From the IMG/VR virus record IMGVR_UViG_2909246061_000007, positions 1-12,419 of that record: a stretch of 12,419 bases of DNA; one strand, 5' to 3'. The DNA is from a virus (lineage: Duplodnaviria; Heunggongvirae; Uroviricota; Caudoviricetes). The position numbers and the translations under genes are program-made. Shown here one piece after another: positions 1-8,693 of this stretch. Position 1 is the first letter of the stretch; every line of letters starts with the position of its first letter. The notes beneath the pieces were generated by a model, which was not told the DNA's origin, ran no database searches, and worked only from the letters and a program-made list of their open reading frames with translations.

Positions 1-258
1 ATGCAAACCGTTATTTTTGGTCGTTCGGGTTGCCCTTACTGTGTGCGTGCAAAAGATCTGGCTGAGAAATTGAGCAATGAACGCGATGATTTTCAGTATC
101 AGTATGTAGATATTCGTGCGGAAGGGATCACTAAAGAAGATCTACAACAAAAGGCAGGTAAACCCGTAGAAACCGTGCCGCAGATTTTTGTCGATCAGCA
201 ACATATCGGCGGCTATACCGATTTTGCTGCATGGGTGAAAGAAAATCTGGACGCCTGA
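1..258 (+). CDS. grxA: glutaredoxin 1
   Basis: 85-aa ORF starting at window base 1 with the CPYC active-site motif (GCPYCVRAK) and a sequence I recognise as E. coli Grx1; followed by a hairpin terminator. Confidence 0.93.
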   Translation: MQTVIFGRSGCPYCVRAKDLAEKLSNERDDFQYQYVDIRAEGITKEDLQQKAGKPVETVPQIFVDQQHIGGYTDFAAWVKENLDA

Positions 259-269
259 TCGTCTGACAA

Positions 270-300
270 GCCCTCGCGTTGAGGGCTTTACTGATTTTTT
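270..300 (+). terminator. rho-independent terminator downstream of grxA (between convergent grxA and ybjM)
   Basis: Inverted repeat GCCCTC (270-275) / GAGGGC (281-286) with 5-nt loop, followed by a T-rich tract (TTTACTGATTTTTT). The ybjM stop codon (288-290) lies within the tail. Confidence 0.55.
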
Positions 301-665
301 CTGTGCTGTGGTTTAAACAAACTACTGATAAATAAGAAACACAGTGCCCCCAGCGCACACCAGAACACCGCGCTTAGTAACCATGCCAGCTCTTGCCAGA
401 ATGAGCGCGTCGGTGAAAAAAACAGCCGCATAATGAGCATCGAACAGGGTGCCGCCAGCATTGCGCCAAACAGAGGTTTCAGGACTTCTCTACGCTGTGA
501 AAAGAAGCTGGCGACTGCTCCAGGAAGAATGAAAAATAGCAAGCCGATTTCAGGATGCCCGGCAGCCCGAAAAGCGCCTTTCATGTGCGTCGCCAGAAAA
601 AGGCACACCACAATGAAGAGGACAAAACAGCAGATTGCCCCCGCCCAACGTTGTTTATGTTTCAC
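288..665 (-). CDS. ybjM: inner membrane protein YbjM (125 aa, multi-pass hydrophobic)
   Basis: 125-aa highly hydrophobic ORF convergent with grxA; length, sequence and position between grxA and ybjL match E. coli ybjM synteny. Confidence 0.8.
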   Translation of the reverse strand: MKHKQRWAGAICCFVLFIVVCLFLATHMKGAFRAAGHPEIGLLFFILPGAVASFFSQRREVLKPLFGAMLAAPCSMLIMRLFFSPTRSFWQELAWLLSAVFWCALGALCFLFISSLFKPQHRKNQ

Positions 666-934
666 TCGTTCCTCCTGACACTGCGTCTATCGAACACATT
701 TTTCGCCAGTGTGGCGTTCAGTAAGATAAAGCCGCTTCGCATTCCATGCTAATATAGGCCAACGCAATTCATATAGCCGTTGATACCTAATGTGATTACA
801 CTAGTAAAATATATTGTTACTTTACTATCGTTTAGGTGCGCTGAATGAATCTGCGCCCTGAATTCTGGTAAAAAACATTATCGTAAATTACCATTTCTTT
901 CAACAGCTTACTAGTAAACAAGAAGTTAGCCTCC

Positions 935-2620
935 GTGAATATAAACGTCGCCGAATTGTTAAATGGGAATTACATTCTGTTATTATTTGTGGTCCTCGCG
1001 CTTGGGCTATGTCTCGGAAAGTTACGACTTGGTTCGATCCAACTGGGTAATTCCATTGGCGTTTTAGTCGTATCGCTGTTATTAGGCCAACAACATTTCA
1101 GCATTAACACCGATGCGCTTAATCTTGGCTTTATGCTGTTTATTTTCTGCGTCGGGGTCGAAGCCGGACCGAACTTTTTTTCCATTTTTTTTCGCGATGG
1201 GAAAAATTACCTAATGTTAGCACTGGTGATGGTTGGCAGTGCGCTGGTGATCGCCTTAGGGTTAGGTAAGCTGTTTGGCTGGGATATTGGCCTGACGGCC
1301 GGTATGTTAGCAGGCTCTATGACGTCGACACCGGTTCTGGTCGGTGCTGGCGATACACTGCGTCATTCCGGCATGGAAAGCAGGCAGCTCTCACTGGCAC
1401 TGGATAATCTGAGCCTCGGGTATGCCTTAACCTATTTAATCGGTCTGGTGAGTTTGATTGTTGGTGCGCGTTACTTGCCGAAATTGCAGCATCAGGACTT
1501 ACAGACCAGCGCCCAGCAAATCGCCCGCGAACGTGGCCTGGACACTGATGCCAACCGTAAGGTTTATTTACCGGTGATCCGCGCCTATCGCGTCGGCCCG
1601 GAACTGGTGGCCTGGACCGACGGCAAAAATCTGCGTGAACTGGGTATTTATCGACAAACCGGCTGCTACATTGAACGTATTCGACGTAACGGGATTCTGG
1701 CAAATCCAGACGGTGATGCCGTGCTACAAATGGGCGATGAAATAGCGTTGGTAGGCTATCCCGACGCCCATGCCCGACTCGATCCCAGCTTCCGTAACGG
1801 TAAAGAAGTTTTCGATCGTGACCTTCTCGACATGCGTATCGTCACTGAAGAAGTGGTCGTTAAAAACCATAACGCTGTAGGTAAACGTCTCGCACAACTG
1901 AAGTTGACCGATCACGGTTGCTTCCTTAACCGCGTCATTCGTAGCCAGATTGAGATGCCGATAGATGACAACGTCGTGCTTAACAAAGGTGACGTTTTAC
2001 AAGTCAGCGGCGATGCCCGCCGCGTAAAAACCATCGCCGATCGCATCGGCTTTATCTCGATTCACAGCCAGGTCACTGACCTGCTGGCATTCTGCGCCTT
2101 CTTTGTTATTGGGCTGATGATCGGGATGATCACCTTCCAGTTCAGCACATTCAGTTTCGGCATGGGGAACGCTGCCGGGTTGTTATTCGCCGGAATTATG
2201 CTGGGCTTTATGCGTGCTAACCACCCGACCTTCGGTTACATTCCGCAGGGTGCATTAAGCATGGTGAAAGAGTTCGGCTTGATGGTGTTTATGGCAGGCG
2301 TTGGTCTGAGCGCCGGTAGCGGTATTAATAACGGCCTGGGCGCGATTGGCGGTCAGATGTTGATTGCCGGATTGATTGTCAGTCTGGTGCCCGTGGTTAT
2401 CTGTTTCTTGTTCGGTGCTTATGTATTGCGAATGAACCGCGCGCTGTTGTTCGGCGCAATGATGGGCGCACGTACCTGCGCGCCGGCAATGGAGATCATC
2501 AGTGATACAGCTCGCAGTAACATCCCGGCGCTGGGCTATGCGGGCACCTATGCAATCGCCAACGTCCTGCTGACGCTGGCAGGGACAATCATCGTCATGG
2601 TATGGCCAGGATTAGGATAA
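935..2620 (+). CDS. ybjL: putative AAE-family transporter YbjL (561 aa, GTG start)
   Basis: 561-aa ORF with hydrophobic N- and C-terminal membrane domains flanking a soluble central region, consistent with a duplicated transporter with RCK_C/TrkA-C-like domains. Sequence recognised as E. coli YbjL; GTG start at 935. Confidence 0.92.
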
Positions 2621-2732
2621 AACTGAAGTTGCCCTGAAAATGAAATTTTTTTGCACAACCGCAGAACTTTTCCGCAGGGCATCAGTCTTAATTAGTGCCA
2701 CTGCTTTTCTTTGATGTCCCCATTTTGTGGAG

Positions 2733-2775
2733 CCCATCAACCCCGCCATTTCGGTTCAAGGTTGATGGGTTTTTT
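2733..2775 (+). terminator. rho-independent terminator, about 113 bp downstream of ybjL
   Basis: Perfect 10-bp inverted repeat CCCATCAACC (2733-2742) / GGTTGATGGG (2760-2769) followed by TTTTTT (2770-2775). The 17-nt loop is long but contains internal CCG/CGG pairing. Confidence 0.6.
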
Positions 2776-2855
2776 GTTGCCTGAAATTTAAGCTGTTTAA
2801 AATCATGATGTTAGAAACACTGTTTTTTAACGATGGCGACAAAATGGCGGCAGCG

Positions 2856-3074
2856 TCAAAGAGAGAGCGCCACCTGTCCTGATTTCATTGGATGCGGCTG
2901 AACCGGATTTGACTCTTTTGGCGTTGCAATCGAACGAACAAAAGTTTCATGGGTAACAAAAGTATGGCTGCAGTTAATGTTCTGGCACTGGTTGTAACGC
3001 TCTTTGGTCAATGAAGATACCTGAAAACTGCTGCGAGTATGGGCGGCACTTCCACACAGTGGGCAAATCATCAT
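2856..3074 (-). CDS. ogr: Ogr/Delta-type zinc-finger late transcription activator
   Basis: 72 aa from the ATG at 3074 (MMICPLCGSAAHTR...ERYNQCQNINCSHTF): C-x2-C ... C-x4-C zinc-finger spacing and the ERY-QCQN-NC core typical of P2 Ogr. SD-like GGGGAGAA precedes the start. Lies at the 3' side of gene D as in P2. Confidence 0.85.
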   Translation of the reverse strand: MMICPLCGSAAHTRSSFQVSSLTKERYNQCQNINCSHTFVTHETFVRSIATPKESNPVQPHPMKSGQVALSL

Positions 3075-3164
3075 TTTTCGAGTTCTCCCCATTTTTGCTA
3101 AATTCACAATAATGACACCGCATTATTCCATTTTGCAAACTTAAAAGTTCTCCATTGCGAAGAA

Positions 3165-4016
3165 TCATTCCATTTCGAAATCATCAATCCTCACTTCAAG
3201 CTCCAGACTGGTTGTAAAACCGTTATCGGGGCTGACGGTATGCGTCAGAGTCGTAATGGTCCATTCCGCATCATCTATCGGCTGTTTAAAGCCACTGACT
3301 TTCACTGGCATTTCCGTGTAGAGATCTGCCCGACCTTCTGCCAGTTGTAGCGAGAATGACGCAACGCCGCGTTGCAGGCGTTCCCACTGCATTTTCGCCG
3401 CCCGTTCGGCGTTGCTCCGGTTGGCATAGGTGCGATTAAGTACCAGCACGTTTTCATCTGTACCCACCAGGTAATCGCCCTGCTTCGCTTCGCGGCTAAG
3501 GACAGTCAGTACCACCTCTGCAGGTGCCGGGCTGGTTGCACTGGCATCCGCCACCCGACCGTCGGCGCTTCGGGCATGAAATTCATAAGCTGCGGTTGGC
3601 CCCGCAACCGAAAGCCCTTCAAAAGCCGCAGGCACACGCAGGCGTAACGCTTCATCGCTTTCCATCACAGCAGCAACGGGTGGCACAGCGTCATTATCAG
3701 CAGGCGTCACCGTCAGGCGTTTCACGTTGTAATTGGCAGCGAGCTGGTCCAGATCGCTCCCTATGGCATAAGCCACCATCACCGCCTGCGCGGCTTCGTT
3801 AATGCGCTGGCGCAGGAGCAACTCACGATAAGCGTTCTCCTGCAACAATTTGGTAATGGGTTCAGATTCCAGTTCCAGCGTACGCATCACTGCTTCCTGC
3901 TCATCTTTCGGATGAAGCGCTACAAATTCTGCCTTGCGTTCGGCAAGCAGCGTCTCAAAGTCCGGCACATCCACAATCTGCGGCGCAGGTAACTGCGAAA
4001 GGTCAATCACTGCCAT
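3165..4016 (-). pseudogene. in-frame chimeric ORF: baseplate protein J (N-terminal part) fused to tail protein D (C-terminal part)
   Basis: N-terminus (MAVIDLSQLPAPQIVDVPDFETLLAERKA...) resembles P2 gpJ. C-terminus (...ANRSNAERAAK..WERLQRGVA...VKVSGFK...DNGFTTSLELEV) resembles the C-terminus of P2 gpD. Implies deletion of I-H-G-FI-FII-E-T-U. AGGAG SD upstream of the ATG at 4016; junction roughly 3440-3520. Confidence 0.7.
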
Positions 4017-4362
4017 TCTCTGCTCCTGTTGATACGGAAAGGGACACAGGCACACCGTTATTCCGCCGCCCGGTCAGCTCCACCACCATTGAACCGTCAA
4101 AATTGCTGTTGATGGTGATGGAATCCAGCGTCAGCCGTGGCTCCCAGCGACTCAGCGCCACATACACTGCCGACATGACCTGCAGGCGTAACGCCGGATT
4201 TTGTGGCTGGTCTATCAGTGCCGACAGCAGGGAACCATATTCACGGCGAGCAATGCGGCTACCCTGCGGCGTCAGCAGAATGTCCCGCACCGACTGGCGC
4301 AGATGGTCAATATCAGTAATGGCTTTACCGCTGGTATTGTTCATCCCGCTATAAAGCGTCAT
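4003..4362 (-). CDS. W: baseplate assembly protein W (gp25-like)
   Basis: 119-aa ORF with the pattern DIDHLRQSVRDILLTPQGSRIARREYGSLL...DQPQNPAL...WEPR, matching my recollection of P2 gpW. ATGA overlap with the upstream V fragment; its 3' end overlaps the J start. Confidence 0.82.
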   Translation of the reverse strand: MTLYSGMNNTSGKAITDIDHLRQSVRDILLTPQGSRIARREYGSLLSALIDQPQNPALRLQVMSAVYVALSRWEPRLTLDSITINSNFDGSMVVELTGRRNNGVPVSLSVSTGAENGSD

Positions 4363-4745
4363 ACCGGGCCTCCGGTTGTGTCGCCGCCTTTCAGGACGCC
4401 AGTATGCTGATGTGCATCAACCACAATTCCGTTAGAACTCATTGCACCGCCGCCCTGGGTAACACCACCATTCATCACTACTTCGCTGTTAATACGCGTG
4501 CGGTCAGCCTCCAGCACAAACTCACTGGTTTTCATGGTGATGTTGTCAGCGGCCTCAATGACCATTGATTTGATGCCCCTGACATACCAGCGCCCGGTGG
4601 CGGGTTCGTATTCAAACCAGCCACCGTCAGGATGTTCTGTCACGCAGGCGTCCGCCGACGTCGACGGTGGCGCGAACTGATTCGAATAGATGGCGGGTAA
4701 CGCAAAGGCGGTTTCCAGATTGCCGCCCAGACTCAGCAGCACCAC
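4359..4745 (-). pseudogene. baseplate spike protein V, C-terminal fragment (N-terminal roughly 80 aa missing)
   Basis: ORF aligns with the C-terminal two-thirds of P2 gpV (LSLGGNLETAFALPAIYS...; glycine-rich C-terminal tip HTGVLKGGDTTGGPV). No V N-terminal domain is present upstream; the upstream ORF is instead a lysB-like fragment. Confidence 0.7.
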
Positions 4746-5041
4746 CTGCTCACCTTCCGATGGTCGCCACCATGTGCGGGCATTATCCGGTGTTGTCGTT
4801 GTCTCAGCAGCGCGCTGGTCTGTTCTGCTTCGGCATAGAGCCGCGCCTGCTCCCGGTTATTGGTTTCAGTCAGAATGGACAGGCTGATAAGCTGGCTGTT
4901 GCTCTTTGCCAGTGCCTGGCTTTTGCTCTGCAGCTCGTCTGCCTGCGTGCTGATGGTCTGGCTGGCATCAGCCAGCCGCCACGTCTGCCAGCCCAGCGCC
5001 GCCAGTAATAACGCCAGCATAACCAGCAGCAACCGGTTCAT
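4733..5041 (-). pseudogene. LysB/Rz-like i-spanin, N-terminal fragment (3' part deleted, so the embedded o-spanin is presumably lost)
   Basis: N-terminal TM segment (MNRLLLVMLALLLAALGW) followed by a coiled-coil-like Q/A/L-rich region, in the lysB position with ATGA overlap to lysA (5038-5041). The C-terminal about 20 aa look like unrelated read-through near the junction with V. Confidence 0.55.
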
Positions 5042-5415
5042 GCTGCTACCTGTTGCGCCATCTGATTACGGGTGATCCAGAAGGCAATAACGGTCAGTAG
5101 ATAAAAGACCAGGGTAATAGCCCACCCCGTCCAGGCGAGACTTACGACAATCAGCAATCGCATCACCCAGCTGATAAATACGTTTTCTTTTCGGGTAATG
5201 GTCTTCAGCAAAGATGCCCTCAACTCCTGCCAGAGCGGGCCATTCTTAATTAACGCAGCCAGTGCTACCGGAATTACCGCCCATGTCAGTAAACAGGCTA
5301 CCCAAACGCCGGACGCTGCCAGTACCGGAAAAATCCCCTGGGGATACACCATTGCTGCGATTAACAGCGCCATCCATAACATCAGAAACAGCCCGCTGAT
5401 TAATTTCTTTTTCAT
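5038..5415 (-). CDS. lysA: LysA-like lysis-timing membrane protein (about 125 aa, 4 predicted TM segments)
   Basis: Start assigned to the ATG at 5415 (MKKKLISGLF...), immediately after the K stop codon. Very hydrophobic, in the position of P2 lysA between K and lysB. Confidence 0.65.
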   Translation of the reverse strand: MKKKLISGLFLMLWMALLIAAMVYPQGIFPVLAASGVWVACLLTWAVIPVALAALIKNGPLWQELRASLLKTITRKENVFISWVMRLLIVVSLAWTGWAITLVFYLLTVIAFWITRNQMAQQVAA

Positions 5416-5416
5416 T

Positions 5417-5929
5417 TCAGTTTGCTCCCTGTAAACACCAGGCCATCTCCCGCGCACGGCGGTTATCCAGCCCCTGATTAAACACACCTTTCACATAAAC
5501 CCAGCGCGGCAACTGTCGGCACGCATCCGCCCAGCGCCGCTGATTGAGTAATTTCACCAGCGTGGAACTGCAGGCATTGCCCGTTCCCACGTTGAAGGCA
5601 AACGACACCGCAGTGTCATATACCTTCTGCGGCGGCTGTTGTTTCACACACCTTTCCAGCGCCCGCTCCACACGCAGCACGTTGGAAATCAGTCCTTCTG
5701 CTGCCTGTCGTTCCGTAATGGTTTTGCCGGGAATGACGCCTGACGTGTTACCAATGCCGTCGGTCCAGACGCCCGCGCTGCACTGATACGGCTGCAGACG
5801 ACAGCCTTCGTAATCGGCAATCAGTTTCAGCCCCTCCACGGAGGTGTGAAGCTGCTGAAACCCCGGCAGCGTGGCAGCAATAGCCAGCACGGCCCCGACA
5901 AGGCAGCGTTTAACGATTGATGGATTCAT
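5417..5929 (-). CDS. K: endolysin, T4-lysozyme-like (GH24) with probable SAR-type N-terminal hydrophobic segment
   Basis: 170-aa ORF with an N-terminal hydrophobic stretch (CLVGAVLAIAATLPG) and E-x8-D-x5-T-like catalytic spacing (YEGCRLQPYQCSAGVWTDGIGNT). GGGAGGA SD upstream; in the position of P2 gene K. Confidence 0.8.
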   Translation of the reverse strand: MNPSIVKRCLVGAVLAIAATLPGFQQLHTSVEGLKLIADYEGCRLQPYQCSAGVWTDGIGNTSGVIPGKTITERQAAEGLISNVLRVERALERCVKQQPPQKVYDTAVSFAFNVGTGNACSSTLVKLLNQRRWADACRQLPRWVYVKGVFNQGLDNRRAREMAWCLQGAN

Positions 5930-6125
5930 AGTCCTCCCGCGAGATCTGCCCGTCGCGCAGAAGCTGGTAGGCTTTGTGTTTGTAGTACCAGTTGATAGCC
6001 AGCATCAGCACACCAATCATCAGGCCGCCCAGCGTTGAGGCATCCTTGATGGACAAATCGCCCAGCCAGGCCAGCACAACGGCGATGCAGTACGTGATAA
6101 AGGCGCTGATTCGCTCAAGCGTCAT
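5910..6125 (-). CDS. holin (class II / pinholin-like, 71 aa, two TM segments)
   Basis: Small ORF directly upstream of the endolysin with 20-nt overlap; two hydrophobic helices and a charged C-terminal tail, at the gene Y position. Confidence 0.6.
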   Translation of the reverse strand: MTLERISAFITYCIAVVLAWLGDLSIKDASTLGGLMIGVLMLAINWYYKHKAYQLLRDGQISREDYESINR

Positions 6126-6128
6126 AAT

Positions 6129-6251
6129 TCAGTCCCATAGCTGGACGGTCTGCACGGTGGTGGTGGTCGGAATGTCCGGCAGCTCCACCTGCAGCCCGTG
6201 AGGTAAAAAGGGGCCATAGCCCGCATTGCTGAAATGCTGGGCGAGAAAGTT
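6129..6251 (-). pseudogene. tail protein X, C-terminal fragment
   Basis: Last about 30-40 codons (...FLPHGLQVELPDIPTTTTVQTVQLWD) match the C-terminus of P2 gpX (LPHG..VELPD....LWE). The upstream part of the ORF is unrelated antisense read-through into P. Implies loss of O-N-M-L. Confidence 0.55.
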
Positions 6252-7907
6252 GCAACCGTTCACAGCTGGAAAAAACGCGACAAGTGGGGTGACTATGGGC
6301 CGCTGGATCAGATGCAGCTCACCACCGCCGCACGCTACTGCCAGCTTATTATGAAGGAGCACAAAGAAGGGAAAGATTTCAAAGAGATTGACCTGCTGGC
6401 GCGCCAGTCGGAACGCCACGCGCGGATCGGCAAGTTTAACAATGGCGGCAACGAAGCCGACTTAAACCCAAACGTCGCCAACCGCAACAAAGGCCCGCGC
6501 CGTCAGCCGGAAAAGAATGTTTTCACCGATGAACAGATTGAGAAGCTGGAAGAAATCTTCCATTCCTCCATGTTCAACTACCAGCGCCACTGGTGGGAAG
6601 CCGGAAAAACCAACCGCATCCGCAACCTGCTGAAGTCACGCCAGATCGGCGCGACCTTTTACTTTGCCCGTGAAGCCCTGATTGACGCCCTGCTGACCGG
6701 ACGTAACCAGATTTTCCTTTCCGCCAGCAAGGCACAGGCCCACGTCTTTAAGCAGTACATCATCGACTTCGCCAAAGAAGTGGAAGTGGAGCTGAAAGGC
6801 GATCCGATGGTGCTTCCCAACGGGGCCACGCTTTACTTCCTCGGCACCAATGCCCGCACGGCCCAGAGTTACCACGGCAACCTGTATCTGGATGAATATT
6901 TCTGGATACCGAAATTCCAGGAGCTGCGCAAAGTGGCTTCCGGTATGGCTATTCACAAAAAATGGCGACAGACCTATTTTTCCACGCCATCCAGCCTGAC
7001 ACACAGTGCTTATCCGTTCTGGTCCGGTGCACTGTTCAACCGTGGGCGCAACAAAGCCGATAAGGTGGACATCGACCTGTCCCACAGCAACCTGGCCCCC
7101 GGCCTGCTCTGCGCAGACGGGCAGTACCGCCAGATAGTCACCGTGGAAGATGCGGTGCGCGGCGGCTGTAACCTGTTCGACCTTGACCAGTTGCGCATGG
7201 AGTACAGCCCGGACGAATACCAGAACCTGCTGATGTGCGAGTTTGTGGACGATCTCGCGTCCGTGTTCCCGCTCAGCGAGCTGCAGGCGTGCATGGTGGA
7301 CAGCTGGGAAGTCTGGACCGACTTTCATGCACTGGCACTGCGCCCATTTGGCTGGCGCGAAGTGTGGATCGGTTATGATCCGGCGAAAGGTACGCAGAAC
7401 GGCGACAGTGCCGGATGCGTGGTGGTGGCACCGCCAGCCGTGCCGGGCGGCAAGTTCCGCATTCTTGAGCGTCACCAGTGGCGCGGGATGGACTTTCGCG
7501 CCCAGGCTGACGCCATCAAAAAACTGACCGAACAGTACAACGTGACCTATATCGGCATCGACTCAACCGGTGTTGGTCACGGGGTTTATGAGAACGTGAA
7601 AGCGTTCTTTCCTGCCGTCCGGGAGTTTGTCTACAACCCCAACGTTAAAAACGCCTTGGTACTCAAGGCCTACGACATTATCAACCACCGCCGTCTGGAG
7701 TTTGACGCCGGGCACACCGACATTGCGCAGTCATTCATGGCAATCCGTCGCGCCACCACCGCCAGCGGCAACCGCCCAACCTATGAAGCCAGCCGCAGCG
7801 AAGAAGCCAGCCATGCCGATCTGGCCTGGGCAACAATGCACGCACTGTTTAACGAACCGCTGCAGGGCGAATCCGCCAATACCAGCAATATTGTGGAGAT
7901 TTTTTGA
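6234..7907 (+). CDS. P: terminase large (ATPase) subunit P, probably N-terminally truncated
   Basis: 557-aa ORF with strong resemblance to P2 gpP from about residue 30 onward (ARYCQL...EIDLLARQSERHARIGK...KSRQIGATFYFAREALIDAL...NLLMCEFVDD...SEEASHADLAWA). True start uncertain (ATG 6234 or 6312); the 5' end abuts the X fragment, so the native promoter is probably deleted. Confidence 0.85.
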   Translation: MLGEKVATVHSWKKRDKWGDYGPLDQMQLTTAARYCQLIMKEHKEGKDFKEIDLLARQSERHARIGKFNNGGNEADLNPNVANRNKGPRRQPEKNVFTDEQIEKLEEIFHSSMFNYQRHWWEAGKTNRIRNLLKSRQIGATFYFAREALIDALLTGRNQIFLSASKAQAHVFKQYIIDFAKEVEVELKGDPMVLPNGATLYFLGTNARTAQSYHGNLYLDEYFWIPKFQELRKVASGMAIHKKWRQTYFSTPSSLTHSAYPFWSGALFNRGRNKADKVDIDLSHSNLAPGLLCADGQYRQIVTVEDAVRGGCNLFDLDQLRMEYSPDEYQNLLMCEFVDDLASVFPLSELQACMVDSWEVWTDFHALALRPFGWREVWIGYDPAKGTQNGDSAGCVVVAPPAVPGGKFRILERHQWRGMDFRAQADAIKKLTEQYNVTYIGIDSTGVGHGVYENVKAFFPAVREFVYNPNVKNALVLKAYDIINHRRLEFDAGHTDIAQSFMAIRRATTASGNRPTYEASRSEEASHADLAWATMHALFNEPLQGESANTSNIVEIF

Positions 7908-8380
7908 TGGGAAAGAGTAAGAAAAACCGCGCTGCGGCGACGAATCAGCTCCAGCATAAAAGCCAAACTTCAGCCGAAGCATTCAGCTTCGGTGATCCCA
8001 TTCCAGTACTTGACCGCCGCGAACTGCTGGACTATGTGGAATGCGTACAAACAGATCGCTGGTATGAGCCACCAGTGAGTTTCGACGGGCTGGCGCGTAC
8101 CTTTCGCGCTGCCGTGCATCACAGTTCACCAATTGCGGTGAAATGCAACATTCTGACCAGTACCTACATCCCTCACCCGCTGCTCAGCCAGCAGGCTTTT
8201 TCACGTTTTGTGCAGGACTATCTGGTATTTGGTAACGCCTACCTGGAGAAACGCACGAACCGCTTCGGTGAAGTTATCGCCCTTGAGCCTGCTCTGGCAA
8301 AATACACCCGACGCGGGTTAGACCTGGATACCGCACCTGCAGCAACACGCCCGATCTCTGCGGTTGCACTCATGACATAA
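7907..8380 (+). pseudogene. Q: portal protein Q, N-terminal fragment (about 145 of roughly 340 aa)
   Basis: ATG at 7907 overlaps the P stop TGA (7905-7907). The N-terminal region (FSFGDPIPVLDRRELLDYVEC...WYEPPVSFDGLAR...AVHHSSPI...KYTRRG) is portal-like; the ORF then diverges and stops at 8380, overlapping the cII-like ORF on the opposite strand. Confidence 0.72.
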
Positions 8381-8661
8381 TGCGGCAGTTTCTCTTTTGC
8401 CACCTCATTAATCGGTACACATGGCAGGCAGTGAATCTGTGCCAGAAAGCCATCTACCAGCGTTGAATCTTCAGTCAGATCGGTAAGCAACCAGATTTCT
8501 GGTGCGGTTAATAAATGAGGTTGAGCTGGGTTCAGCTTGTTCCGCAGAATCTGTACATTCATGCCTGCACGTTCTGCCAGTCGCACCAGGTTGTGGCGCA
8601 GTGCGAATGCACGACAGGCTTCGTCAAAATGTGGATGTTTGGAAACTTGGTAATCAAACAT
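8239..8661 (-). pseudogene. cII: 186-type CII-like regulator, 3'-truncated and reading through into antisense of the Q fragment
   Basis: ATG at 8661 preceded by a [57 protein letters not shown]...[26 protein letters not shown] matches the phage 186 CII family (HTH). Resemblance is lost after about 115 codons, near 8320-8345. Confidence 0.68.
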
Positions 8662-8693
8662 AGTCGACACCCCTGATGTATCCCAAAATGGAA

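Noticed and set aside
802-827. AT-rich inverted repeat TAGTAAA-N12-TTTACTA in the ybjM-ybjL divergent promoter region, and a CRP-like TGTGA half-site at 791-795
   Set aside because: Short AT-rich palindromes are common in promoter DNA; the second CRP half-site is absent. Could be a regulator site, but there is not enough support to call it.
970-1915. Three minus-strand ORFs (71, 128, 63 aa) inside ybjL, and plus-strand ORFs at 433-752 inside ybjM
   Set aside because: Antisense to well-supported core genes; no independent signals.
3372-3802. Plus-strand ORFs of 91 and 92 aa within the J-D fusion region
   Set aside because: Antisense to the J/D reading frame, Arg/Pro-rich low-complexity translation typical of spurious frames in GC-rich DNA.
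6636-7475. 279-aa minus-strand ORF (and other shorter ORFs at 7010-7294, 7243-7527, 7627-7920, 7731-7982) inside the terminase gene
   Set aside because: Entirely antisense to or overlapping the strongly terminase-like P frame. Long stop-free antisense frames are expected in GC-rich coding DNA, and there is no recognisable motif or start context.
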